A stretch of 64,000 bases of DNA from Candidatus Thorarchaeota archaeon (GTDB lineage: Archaea; Asgardarchaeota; Thorarchaeia; Thorarchaeales; Thorarchaeaceae). This document shows, piece by piece, positions 30,796 to 39,537 of the stretch (positions within the stretch are counted from its first letter, which is position 1; each line of letters begins with the position of its first letter). Position numbers and translations under genes: made by a program. The notes beneath the pieces are model-generated. The model saw only the letters and a program-made list of their open reading frames with translations. It did no database searches and was not told the origin of the DNA. The stretch spans positions 133,338-197,337 of the forward strand of contig JAFGAR010000151.1 in NCBI GenBank assembly GCA_016933575.1. Direction: 5' to 3'.

Positions 30796-31878
30796 GTGAA
30801 ATCAGTAAGAGTGCTTGTCATTTGTTCAAACGCCTCGACATTTCTTCATATCCTTAGGACTCTAGAATCTAGCCAAAAATACGATTTCACAATATTTGGA
30901 TACGGAGTTACGGATGAATTCATTCCTCTATTTCATAGAGTAACGCTATTCGATAAAGTATCACATCAGACAGATCTAGTATCGTACTTACTCAAAATCT
31001 GTAATGATAACGGGATTGATGTCATTATTCCTGCAAGTACTGAATACCTAAGACCACTTTGTGACAGTCTTGAGCAATTTCGGGAAATTAATACTGAGCC
31101 AATCATTCCTGTTTCAAATCCCTTACTTCTTGAAATTCTCTCTCAGAAATCAAAACTACTCGAATATTCAAAGAACGTTCTATTAATCACAGTTCCAGAA
31201 TACAAGACTATAGAAAATCATATGAAGATAGTTGAAGCCGCATCTGATCTAGGTTACCCCCAGAAGTCAATTCTCTTCTCTCCGAGTCTGTCTTCTCAGA
31301 CTGGAAGTTTACGATTAGTCGATAGTTCGAGAGATATTCGAAAGATATTCTTTGATGAGAAACCTGATGCAGTATTCACTACCCTTGAGAGATTTAGCAG
31401 TGACATTGGACATAGTTCTTCTGAAATCACTGCAATGCAATTTGATTGTAGTACAGAATATACTGCTGAGGTTTTATGCCGGAAAGGGCAGACCTTTGCA
31501 ATCATAGTGTATCCAAGTAATCCACTATCTCAGGAAATGAGTACATTCTCGGTCCTTACGAAAGATCAACACTATCCCACTATTGAGAAAATCGTGAAAA
31601 AAGTCGTTGAGGGCTTCGGATTATCATATTCTATAGGGATGAGAATTTGGATCGATAGCGAAGGGAATGCGCGATTGGTGGATGTCATCCCTCACCTTCG
31701 AAATGACATTATCCTCTCCCTGCATGGAGGTATCAATTTTCCTGAATTGATGGTGGATATGGCATTTCATGAGTTTGATTACAGTTACAAACCTGAGATT
31801 AAATGGGGGCTCAAAATGCAGCAGGTATGGCTTGAGCTACTAAACTATGAAGGAGCGGTGTGGAAGACTGAAATGTGA
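30796..31878 (+). CDS. ATP-grasp paralogue with degenerate active site
   Basis: Colinear with 28918-29994 (LGYP, FF.EKPD, EYT.++LC.KG, GG+N.PE+MVDMA, P.IKWGLK) but lacks the KP/GSRG and ExNPR motifs. Confidence 0.8.
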   Translation: MKSVRVLVICSNASTFLHILRTLESSQKYDFTIFGYGVTDEFIPLFHRVTLFDKVSHQTDLVSYLLKICNDNGIDVIIPASTEYLRPLCDSLEQFREINTEPIIPVSNPLLLEILSQKSKLLEYSKNVLLITVPEYKTIENHMKIVEAASDLGYPQKSILFSPSLSSQTGSLRLVDSSRDIRKIFFDEKPDAVFTTLERFSSDIGHSSSEITAMQFDCSTEYTAEVLCRKGQTFAIIVYPSNPLSQEMSTFSVLTKDQHYPTIEKIVKKVVEGFGLSYSIGMRIWIDSEGNARLVDVIPHLRNDIILSLHGGINFPELMVDMAFHEFDYSYKPEIKWGLKMQQVWLELLNYEGAVWKTEM

Positions 31879-32263
31879 TGTTCTAATTGCTTTGGATTTT
31901 GATGACACGCTTGTTCATACTGACCGTTCAGAAGATTTCTCAGTCTTAAGCAGACTCAGAGAACTTGGAGTGGAACTCTGTATCGCTTCACGGAATGATA
32001 ATTACTACTTAGAACGTCAGCTAAGAGATCTAGAAATTCGTGAACACTTCAGATTTATCATGGCTGATTTTCGTCCTAAATCTATTCAATTGCGACATAT
32101 ACTCTGGCTTTATGGGAAACTGGATTGCTTATTCACCAAGATTCTCTTTGTAGATGATCATCTTCCTAATATTGAGCGAGTCCGCGAGGAACTTCCCAAT
32201 GTATCCTGCTACCAGTTTGGGCAGGATATCGTTCAATTATCTCAGATGATTGATCTGGTATAG
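31847..32263 (+). CDS. HAD-family phosphatase (MDP-1-like)
   Basis: ALDFDDTL, IASRN, K and FVDD motifs; exact start uncertain. Confidence 0.8.
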   Translation: MKERCGRLKCDVLIALDFDDTLVHTDRSEDFSVLSRLRELGVELCIASRNDNYYLERQLRDLEIREHFRFIMADFRPKSIQLRHILWLYGKLDCLFTKILFVDDHLPNIERVREELPNVSCYQFGQDIVQLSQMIDLV

Positions 32264-32280
32264 TCGTTGCCAGATATCAA

Positions 32281-33858
32281 CTAGATTAGACCTGCTTTCT
32301 GCGCGAACTTTCGATATCCCTTCATCAACAGCTTTACAATGTTCAATCTCAAGTTGAACCTAATCCATTCGAGATCTGTTGGTTCTTTGAAAAATTTGCC
32401 AAACTGCTCTGCATACTTGTCTTCGGAGTCAAACGTGACAAGTGTATTCACTGCTGCTGGTGAAAACATCAATTCAACATCCGGATTATCAGCTCGTTGA
32501 GGCATTGCCACAACTTCTCTCTTTCCAGTTACTTCAATATGGAACCGACTGTCTTCTATCTCATAGTCTATTACTGCACCTTTCTTCAATCCATCAAAGA
32601 TCATCGGATGGTTTGTAAGATATTCCATGAATTGCAGCTTTAATGGTTCATCCTTCACTCTTTTCATACTTTTACTGATTTTCGTATCAAGAAGGAATGT
32701 AGGCATATCAAGCACCTTCATGTCACTACCAATAGATCTTGCTCCATCTCTAAGTCCACGATAGCAAAAAGGACATGCAGTGATTAATAATTCAGCTCCA
32801 GTCTCTTCTGCTTCTCTTATTCTATTTCCAGCTACTTCATTTGCTAGGTCTCCATATGTCCCTTTCAGACCTCCGCCAGAACCACAACAGTGCGCATATC
32901 TCTTGTTTGTAGTCATCTCAACTAGTTCTACATTACCTACAGATTCTATTACACGTCGTGGTGCCTCATAGACCTCGGAATGCCTACCAAGATGACATGG
33001 GTCGTGGTATGTGACACGCAATTTGTCTTTAAATTCGAATGAGGTCACACCTTTTGAAATCAGTTCGTCAAGGAATTCTGTGATGTGTAATACCCGAAAA
33101 TCGTACTTGTACCCAGCGTCGACGACATCAACCTTCCATGTTCTATAACAACCAGCACAAGCTGTGACCACAGTCTTTGCCCCAGTACGTTTGATAGATT
33201 CAATGTTGTGCTTAGTGAGGTTTCCAAAGGCTTTCTCACGACCCAGTCTCAATAGTACTGATCCACAACATCGTTCATCAGGTAGAACTGTGTAATTGAT
33301 TCCTATTTTACTAAGAAGTTCGACTGTTGTAACAGCAATCTCTTTCTCGCGGTAAGAGCTAGTACAACCAACGAAATAGACGACATCTGCTTGTGATGGG
33401 AATTCACGGTCTCCGAAAAGCTTCAGTCTTAGGGCATTTGTTTCTTTGTATGGATTGAACTCGTTGATAATCGAGTTCTCTATTTCTTCATGCTTTTTGA
33501 TTGAGAAACCATTGGTAACAAGGTCCTTCCTGAGAGCTTCCACCATTTCAGGGATTCTAATACCGTCAGCTGTCGCCATACAGGTTTCTTGACAACTCTT
33601 ACATGTATTGCATGCATAAGCCCAATCAACGACATTTTGATCCACCTCAATCTTTCCATCAAGTATGTCATTGATTATCATGACACGACCCTTTGCTGAG
33701 TACGCCTCAAATCCAAGAACATTCTTTACAGCACAGGGATGATCTACTCCACGGTCCGATGCTACGATTTTATCTGCAAGCGAACAATCGCCACATCTCC
33801 CACAGAGCCAAAGCTCATCTTTGAAAGATTCAAGATTGGGAAAATTCACCTTAGCCAT
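32281..33858 (-). CDS. Fe-S/CCG-domain oxidoreductase subunit (GlcF/HdrD-like) with C-terminal SCP2-like extension
   Basis: CxxCxxC..C ferredoxin motifs, YFVGC, CCG, TACAGC, YHDPCHLGR, CCGSGGG and TACPFC; about 120 extra C-terminal residues. Confidence 0.85.
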   Translation of the reverse strand: MAKVNFPNLESFKDELWLCGRCGDCSLADKIVASDRGVDHPCAVKNVLGFEAYSAKGRVMIINDILDGKIEVDQNVVDWAYACNTCKSCQETCMATADGIRIPEMVEALRKDLVTNGFSIKKHEEIENSIINEFNPYKETNALRLKLFGDREFPSQADVVYFVGCTSSYREKEIAVTTVELLSKIGINYTVLPDERCCGSVLLRLGREKAFGNLTKHNIESIKRTGAKTVVTACAGCYRTWKVDVVDAGYKYDFRVLHITEFLDELISKGVTSFEFKDKLRVTYHDPCHLGRHSEVYEAPRRVIESVGNVELVEMTTNKRYAHCCGSGGGLKGTYGDLANEVAGNRIREAEETGAELLITACPFCYRGLRDGARSIGSDMKVLDMPTFLLDTKISKSMKRVKDEPLKLQFMEYLTNHPMIFDGLKKGAVIDYEIEDSRFHIEVTGKREVVAMPQRADNPDVELMFSPAAVNTLVTFDSEDKYAEQFGKFFKEPTDLEWIRFNLRLNIVKLLMKGYRKFAQKAGLI

Positions 33859-33859
33859 C

Positions 33860-35284
33860 TTAGTATCCTCCCTGAAACACATTAGGTGCCATGATATTAT
33901 CTGGGTCAATTGCTCTCTTTATAGTTCGATAGAGTTCAATGAAATTCTCATCAACTTTCTTCAAAGCTCGATTTTCCCAGAGAAGTCCTGTCCAGTAAGG
34001 ACAACCACCAGTCTCAATGGCTGCATCCAACATCTCATTCCAAGCTCTCTCTGCAAATTCCATCTTGTCTCGCGTTGGAGCAAAGATCGTCACCCATGCG
34101 GCAGAATAAGCTCTATCCACAGCAAGAGCGTCTGCTATCCATTTTATGCCATTCTTTTCGAGATTGTATTTTTTGAAGATATCTCTCATCCTGTTCATTA
34201 ATTCAGGAAGGCGGACAATGGGTCGTAGGTGACACGTGTTTAACCAGAAACCATTGTTATACATGGGTTGTACTTCATTGAACTTTTCTGCCCAGTGTAT
34301 CTGTGCCGCAAAATTCCCAATGTCCTTTCCTTTCATCTCCAGTCCAATCTCTCTGATGATCTGGACCTTTCTCTCTGCTAGCTGTTGATCCGTTTCCATA
34401 ACCACACTGTGTATTGTAGCATTTATTCCCGGGTGACTATCTAATAGTCCGGGAAAATATGTATCCGCAGACTCCCTTGCCAGCAAGCAATTGAGTTCCT
34501 CAGTTAGTCCTCGTTTTTGAATCTCTAGTAAGACTGCTGTAGCATCCTCAAGGGTCTTGAATCCAAGATCGATATAGGTCGAGAACGGCGCTTTGGGATA
34601 TATCTTGAGAGTAACCTTTGTCTTCACACCGAGCGTTCCATGGTCTCCGAGAAACACTCCTGTTAGGTCTGCAAAGGAAGAATATCTTGTGAAAGTCTGA
34701 GCCTCTTTGTTCCACGCTGATCCTGTTCGAACGATCTCACCATCTGGAAGTACAACTTCAAGTGATACTACTCCTTCAGGAGCGGGTCCAAATTTGGAAG
34801 CAGCATACCCCATACTATTGATGCTCACAGAACCTGCAACGGTTGCTGCATTTCCTCCATAGGGACCACGGAAACCAAGTTTGTATCCCCTGTCTTCTAG
34901 GATATGTATAAGCTCAGCCCACCGCATTCCTGCTTCAACTGTGACAGTCATTACTTCTTCATCGAGTTTGACAAGTCGTTTCATGTTGATCATATCAAGC
35001 AAAACAGTGTTAGGGACTCTTGGAAGGCAGGCTCCACAGATACCATTTCTTCCTCCTGCTGGCATAATTGGAGTCTTGGTCTTTGCACAGAGCCTTACGA
35101 TCTTCTGTACTTCTTCAACGTTATTTGGCATTACGACAATTCCTGGTCTATCAGCTACAAGATGGCACGCATCCTTGCTATATGCTGAGATGATAACCTG
35201 GTTGTCATTTACTCGATCTTGTCCAACAATAGCCAAGAGCTCATTATAGAGCGGATGACTTGCAGAAGCCTTGACAACAGTCAT
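33860..35284 (-). CDS. FAD-linked oxidoreductase (VAO/GlcD family)
   Basis: P....EV..IV, P.GG, VTVEAG, EVVLPDGEIVRTG, GTLGV.TK and DPDNIMAP motifs. Confidence 0.88.
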   Translation of the reverse strand: MTVVKASASHPLYNELLAIVGQDRVNDNQVIISAYSKDACHLVADRPGIVVMPNNVEEVQKIVRLCAKTKTPIMPAGGRNGICGACLPRVPNTVLLDMINMKRLVKLDEEVMTVTVEAGMRWAELIHILEDRGYKLGFRGPYGGNAATVAGSVSINSMGYAASKFGPAPEGVVSLEVVLPDGEIVRTGSAWNKEAQTFTRYSSFADLTGVFLGDHGTLGVKTKVTLKIYPKAPFSTYIDLGFKTLEDATAVLLEIQKRGLTEELNCLLARESADTYFPGLLDSHPGINATIHSVVMETDQQLAERKVQIIREIGLEMKGKDIGNFAAQIHWAEKFNEVQPMYNNGFWLNTCHLRPIVRLPELMNRMRDIFKKYNLEKNGIKWIADALAVDRAYSAAWVTIFAPTRDKMEFAERAWNEMLDAAIETGGCPYWTGLLWENRALKKVDENFIELYRTIKRAIDPDNIMAPNVFQGGY

Positions 35285-35426
35285 GATTGAGCCTCGTGTT
35301 TTTCTGGAACATGCCCCTATAAGTAATCAACGTTAGCAGCTACTTCAATCTAAAAAAAACAACAATGAAGCAATTGACGAATAACCCTTTATGGGACTTC
35401 AATTCTGGAAGGTTTAGGGATATCGA

Positions 35427-35909
35427 TTGACAAGAATTGCCGTAGTTCTAGGAAGAGGCGGGCATACTGCACAAACATTTGCTTTGGTTGATTATCTTGG
35501 CTCTGAATTTCAATATCTCTACCTTATCGGAATACTCGACTCGCTCACACCCAAGAAGATAAAAATTCCTGGTAAAATTCTACCTGTCATTCCTCCACGT
35601 CTTCTTCCTCAAGACTCGAGAATCATGTCAGTCATCCGAACCCTCATGACATTGATATTATCCTTTGTATATCTTCTTCTATATCGCCCAAGGATAGTGA
35701 TTAGTTGTGGTACTGGCTTAACTGTGCCAATCTTTCTTGTTGCACGGGTTCTTAGCATAAATACAGTATTCATCGAGAGTATGTCCCGGGTAGAATCTCT
35801 CTCTATGACAGGTCGTTTGCTTCTAGGGAAAACAAATCTGTTTGTTGTTCAATGGCCCAATCTTGCCGCCAAAACACCCGGCGCAACATACGGAGGGCAG
35901 TTACTGTGA
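35427..35909 (+). CDS. alg14: Alg14-like subunit of UDP-GlcNAc:lipid-PP-GlcNAc transferase (PssD/CpsF family)
   Basis: VLGRGGHT, P.++ISCG.G..VP, FIESMSRV..LS.TGRLL and VQWP motifs. Confidence 0.85.
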   Translation: MTRIAVVLGRGGHTAQTFALVDYLGSEFQYLYLIGILDSLTPKKIKIPGKILPVIPPRLLPQDSRIMSVIRTLMTLILSFVYLLLYRPRIVISCGTGLTVPIFLVARVLSINTVFIESMSRVESLSMTGRLLLGKTNLFVVQWPNLAAKTPGATYGGQLL

Positions 35910-36355
35910 TTTTCGTCACTGTTGGGACAGCTCACTTTGATCCTCTGATTATTGAACTGGACAGACTTTTTGAGTCTGGTGAGATTCACGAAGTAGTTAT
36001 TGCTCAAATTGGAAGAGGGTCGTACATACCAAGGAACTTCCGATATTTCAGGTTCATGAAAAATCTCAAATCTGCCTATGATAGAGCTGATGTTATCGTC
36101 AGCACGGGTGGTGCTGGAACCATAATGGAATGTGTAAAACGTGGTTTACGATTGGTTGTCGTAGAAAATACAACACTGTTGGAAGGTCATCAAGCACAAT
36201 TGATTGGTGAGATGGCACGGAGAGGACATCTGATTTGGTGCAAGCGAATTGAAGAACTGGCTTCCTGTATAACTAAAGCCAAGTCCAAAATTTTCACGCC
36301 GTTCGTTTCCGATACCCCTCTTATTCCAGATATGATTAGAAAGATGATATGCTGA
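35906..36355 (+). CDS. alg13: Alg13-like catalytic subunit (PssE/CpsG family)
   Basis: IFVTVGT..FD.LI, QIG, AD.++S.GGAGTI.E and N..L...HQ motifs; GTGA overlap with alg14. Confidence 0.85.
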   Translation: MIFVTVGTAHFDPLIIELDRLFESGEIHEVVIAQIGRGSYIPRNFRYFRFMKNLKSAYDRADVIVSTGGAGTIMECVKRGLRLVVVENTTLLEGHQAQLIGEMARRGHLIWCKRIEELASCITKAKSKIFTPFVSDTPLIPDMIRKMIC

Positions 36356-36568
36356 TTCTACGAATTGGCGCCAATTATACTGGTTGATAAATTGTGTATT
36401 TTCCAATTCGCTTCTCTTTCATACCCTGATATGCATCCAGGTATTATCACTGTTAGACACTCAGATTGTCTACATTTGATATAGAGTTTATATGAGAAGT
36501 TGTCCTAATTCCAGTGGAAGCAGAGGTCCGTTATATTACGACCTCGACATCCTGTGAGATGAGGCAAT

Positions 36569-37351
36569 GTGAGTGAAAAGAAAAAGGCCGCAACAAGAAT
36601 AGAACCTCTTGGTCTGTGGCAATCCGTTAGGCTCTTCACCTTGAATGATGAGGCAGCCAAAAAATTAACTGGGGCTCAATTGGCGAGTATCTTCACTGGT
36701 CAACCTGCTTTTGATCCTGAAAAAGACCCTAAAGCTGGTTTTGGCAATATCGAAGCCCGTGGAAAAACTGTCATGGCTGATTTCACAGCAGCCTTCAATG
36801 TTGTTGCCCATGGATTCGACAAGAGTGGCGAACGTACAACAGTGAAATACACCACAATTGAGAGAGGCGATGTACTAGTAAGACTTGATCAGAAGATTGC
36901 AGAGGTGCGAGGATCTAGTCGCTTTGCTACGAGATTTCGTCGGATTTTAATGAATCTAACAGATATTGTAGCTGAGCCTCTCTTTATAGATAAGGACACT
37001 CGACGAGCTATCTATGATCGTCTAATCAAGCCTACTGAAGCTCCACCCAAGCCATTGGAAATCAATGTTGAACATATCGTTTACAGCGATATTGAGAAGA
37101 AGGAATTAAGACAGGCGGAATTTCGAGGAGATAAACTCCAACACAAAGCTGAAGTCGGTCATTATGGTAGAATGTATGGCGGAACGATTTCCAAGTTTAC
37201 TGGAATATTCATCTATCCAAGTAATACTCCATACAAAACAGCAATCAATTACGACACAAGTTCTGTGATGGTGTACAAGACATCTGATGGAATCCTCACG
37301 AAAGATCTGCGCTGGATAACTAGTATGTTGATTGAAGGCGCCTCACAATAG
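36569..37351 (+). CDS. Hypothetical protein
   Basis: 260-aa ORF with GAGG RBS and upstream TTTATA; no family recognised. Confidence 0.7.
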   Translation: MSEKKKAATRIEPLGLWQSVRLFTLNDEAAKKLTGAQLASIFTGQPAFDPEKDPKAGFGNIEARGKTVMADFTAAFNVVAHGFDKSGERTTVKYTTIERGDVLVRLDQKIAEVRGSSRFATRFRRILMNLTDIVAEPLFIDKDTRRAIYDRLIKPTEAPPKPLEINVEHIVYSDIEKKELRQAEFRGDKLQHKAEVGHYGRMYGGTISKFTGIFIYPSNTPYKTAINYDTSSVMVYKTSDGILTKDLRWITSMLIEGASQ

Positions 37352-37400
37352 GATCGAATTGGGCGGGCTTAAATGCCCCCCATTTGCCTCTTTGTGATGG

Positions 37401-37697
37401 TTACATCCAATCCTTAGCATCTCTCTTTATCGCAATAATCGTACGTGTATTTTCAATGTACCATCTAGTCTTATCTCTGAAAATTGGCCAGAACTCAAAG
37501 AAGCTCTGCGGGTCTTCTGTTTCTAATAGCAGGAATCCACTCCAGTCTGAACCCCATGCATACTTATAGTCCCCAATAATTTTGAGATGATCCGGCCAGT
37601 TCCCCTTTCCAAACTCATCCCAGAATTCTTTTGCTTTGCCTGCTTGTTCCGGAGTCATCAGCTGAAAGCGATAGAAGACAATGAATCCATAGGTCAA
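37401..37697 (-). CDS. Small dimeric alpha-beta barrel-like hypothetical protein
   Basis: TTG 37697 after GGTGA; 'G.Y..AWG.DWSGFLL+E.ED' pattern. The tracked start at 37838 looks over-extended. Confidence 0.6.
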   Translation of the reverse strand: MTYGFIVFYRFQLMTPEQAGKAKEFWDEFGKGNWPDHLKIIGDYKYAWGSDWSGFLLLETEDPQSFFEFWPIFRDKTRWYIENTRTIIAIKRDAKDWM

Positions 37698-37859
37698 ACA
37701 ACTTTCACCAAATGACTTTGGGAGTTCATGGATTAAAAACGTTGGGACTCGAGAACTCTCTAGATTCTCTCTCAATAAGACCTTCCACACTAGCCTAATT
37801 TCACAATAATTCTCTCGATGGATTAAAAAGACAACCATTCGATTTTATGAACGAGGGAT

Positions 37860-38591
37860 ATGCCTGCAGAATCCAGTGACATAGTGCGACGTGATTATCA
37901 ACATGGTAAGGTCGCTTATGCTTTTCAATGGAACAAATCTAATCACCTTGAGTTTGGTAATCAAAAGGGTGATCTCGCATCTCTATGGGCACATCTTGAA
38001 ACAATACAATCCGGAAAAATACCTGAGGTGTTATTCCAAGATCCTTTCTACACACGGGCTTCTCGTCTTCGTTTTGTGAATATGTCTCCAGCCAAGAAAG
38101 TAGGTTTCAGAAAGCAGTTAAAACGTGCAGGTTCAATTCGTGCCCAAGTTGACGATGACCTTGTTGAAAAATTGCGAACCTTTCATAGAATTCGCAACGA
38201 TTTGAGTTACTCTGCAGATCATAATATTCTCAAAGAATTTCTTTATCATGACCCACAGACTATTGCTATCGAAGTGCCTGTATGGTCTGAAGGCTACAAA
38301 ATAACTGGTCACATTGATCTGATTCGATACGTGGATGATTATATTCAGGTAAGTGACTACAAACCCGGTTCATTAGAATCAACCAATAGACGTTTTCTTG
38401 ACTCGCTTCCACAAGTATCTGCATATGGAGAGATGATAGCCCACCATCTTGCAGGTACACTTCGCTCAGCTCTCGAAGCACCTCTTCTACCAAAAATAAG
38501 ATGCGCGATTTTTGATACGCATTCCTGTTGGCATTTTGGAGCTGAGCTATTCGTACAGCTTCATCAAACAGGAGTCTTGCAGGATTTCTAG
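37860..38591 (+). CDS. PD-(D/E)XK (RecB-like) nuclease family protein
   Basis: H...EVPV......GHIDLI.......DYKP......Q+..Y motif set. Confidence 0.8.
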   Translation: MPAESSDIVRRDYQHGKVAYAFQWNKSNHLEFGNQKGDLASLWAHLETIQSGKIPEVLFQDPFYTRASRLRFVNMSPAKKVGFRKQLKRAGSIRAQVDDDLVEKLRTFHRIRNDLSYSADHNILKEFLYHDPQTIAIEVPVWSEGYKITGHIDLIRYVDDYIQVSDYKPGSLESTNRRFLDSLPQVSAYGEMIAHHLAGTLRSALEAPLLPKIRCAIFDTHSCWHFGAELFVQLHQTGVLQDF

Positions 38592-39424
38592 TCCTTTCCA
38601 TTTGTAGCGATGGACATCTTGACTTCTTCTTCTACAGTTGGAGGTTGCGTTGAAATTCCACTCCACTTTAGATGTATCGTCGGTCGTTCGGAGACCTGTC
38701 CTTCCTTAATTCTTGAGAAGTAATTCTCAGTCATTAGTCCGAAATTTCCAAGTGCTGGATCAACAGGTATCCACCCTTTTTGCTCAAGGTATATTTCACA
38801 CCATGCATGAGCTTCAGGTTCTTTATTTCGACGAAATACGTGCCCGACTATTCTTCTTGCAGGTATCCGAACAGCTCTTAGAAGTGCAATATAGAGATCT
38901 GCATGCTCATCGCAATCGCCTTCTCTCTCACGTGCAGCTCTTGCCGCTCCCCTTCTATGGTCAAGATGGGTTTTCAGTTTGACACTATCACGAACTATAT
39001 CGAAGGCTAATCTTGCATAGGATTCATCATCGCCTGTTCGCTCTGCAACCTTTTGGGACATCTCCTGGATGATATCATCCTGAGTTTCCCAATATTTCTG
39101 CATACTACAATAGATACCACGATTTCTTGCCAGCATTAATTCTGGTGTCGATCGTGGCTCCATCAACCAGTCTCTGGTTATCGTATCAATGCGTAAGATG
39201 ACTGTTGGTGAAAAACTCTCTCCTGGGTTTAAATCAGGTACCTTGACTATTGCTACCATGTTCTTTTCTGCACGTTCAGTAACTCTCGCAGGGGGGAAGA
39301 CGTCAATCATTTCCACGAATTGATTATCCATATCAGTGAAGAGATGCCATGTCATTAACCCACGCCTCAGTTTTTGTGTTCCTCGATTGTGAACGTTCGC
39401 TTGCATCTCTATCTTTAGCCGCAT
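38588..39424 (-). CDS. Transglutaminase-like (Cys-His-Asp) domain protein
   Basis: GDCDEHA, R...IPAR...G, HAWCE and GWIPVDP motifs. Confidence 0.88.
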   Translation of the reverse strand: MRLKIEMQANVHNRGTQKLRRGLMTWHLFTDMDNQFVEMIDVFPPARVTERAEKNMVAIVKVPDLNPGESFSPTVILRIDTITRDWLMEPRSTPELMLARNRGIYCSMQKYWETQDDIIQEMSQKVAERTGDDESYARLAFDIVRDSVKLKTHLDHRRGAARAAREREGDCDEHADLYIALLRAVRIPARRIVGHVFRRNKEPEAHAWCEIYLEQKGWIPVDPALGNFGLMTENYFSRIKEGQVSERPTIHLKWSGISTQPPTVEEEVKMSIATNGKD

Positions 39425-39537
39425 TCTGGTCCCTTCTAGGGCATACTGAATAGTCGAAGCTTTCCTCGAATAGATTTATGTATTGTCTGCACCTCCATTC
39501 CAATGGCTCTTGTGTATAGCACTAGAGGTGTGTTAGC

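Noticed and set aside
11600-32270. Integrated mobile element carrying the glycan cluster
   Set aside because: No integrase, transposase, tRNA target or flanking direct repeats were found by eye.
37860-38591. Cas4 / CRISPR locus
   Set aside because: RecB-like motifs are present but not the Cas4 four-Cys Fe-S pattern; no repeat-spacer array or other cas genes were seen.
38588-39424. PNGase (Png1/NGLY1) to complete the ERAD-like set
   Set aside because: Only the generic transglutaminase triad; it lacks the PNGase CxxC zinc motifs and GRCGEW, and is about 12 kb from the cluster.
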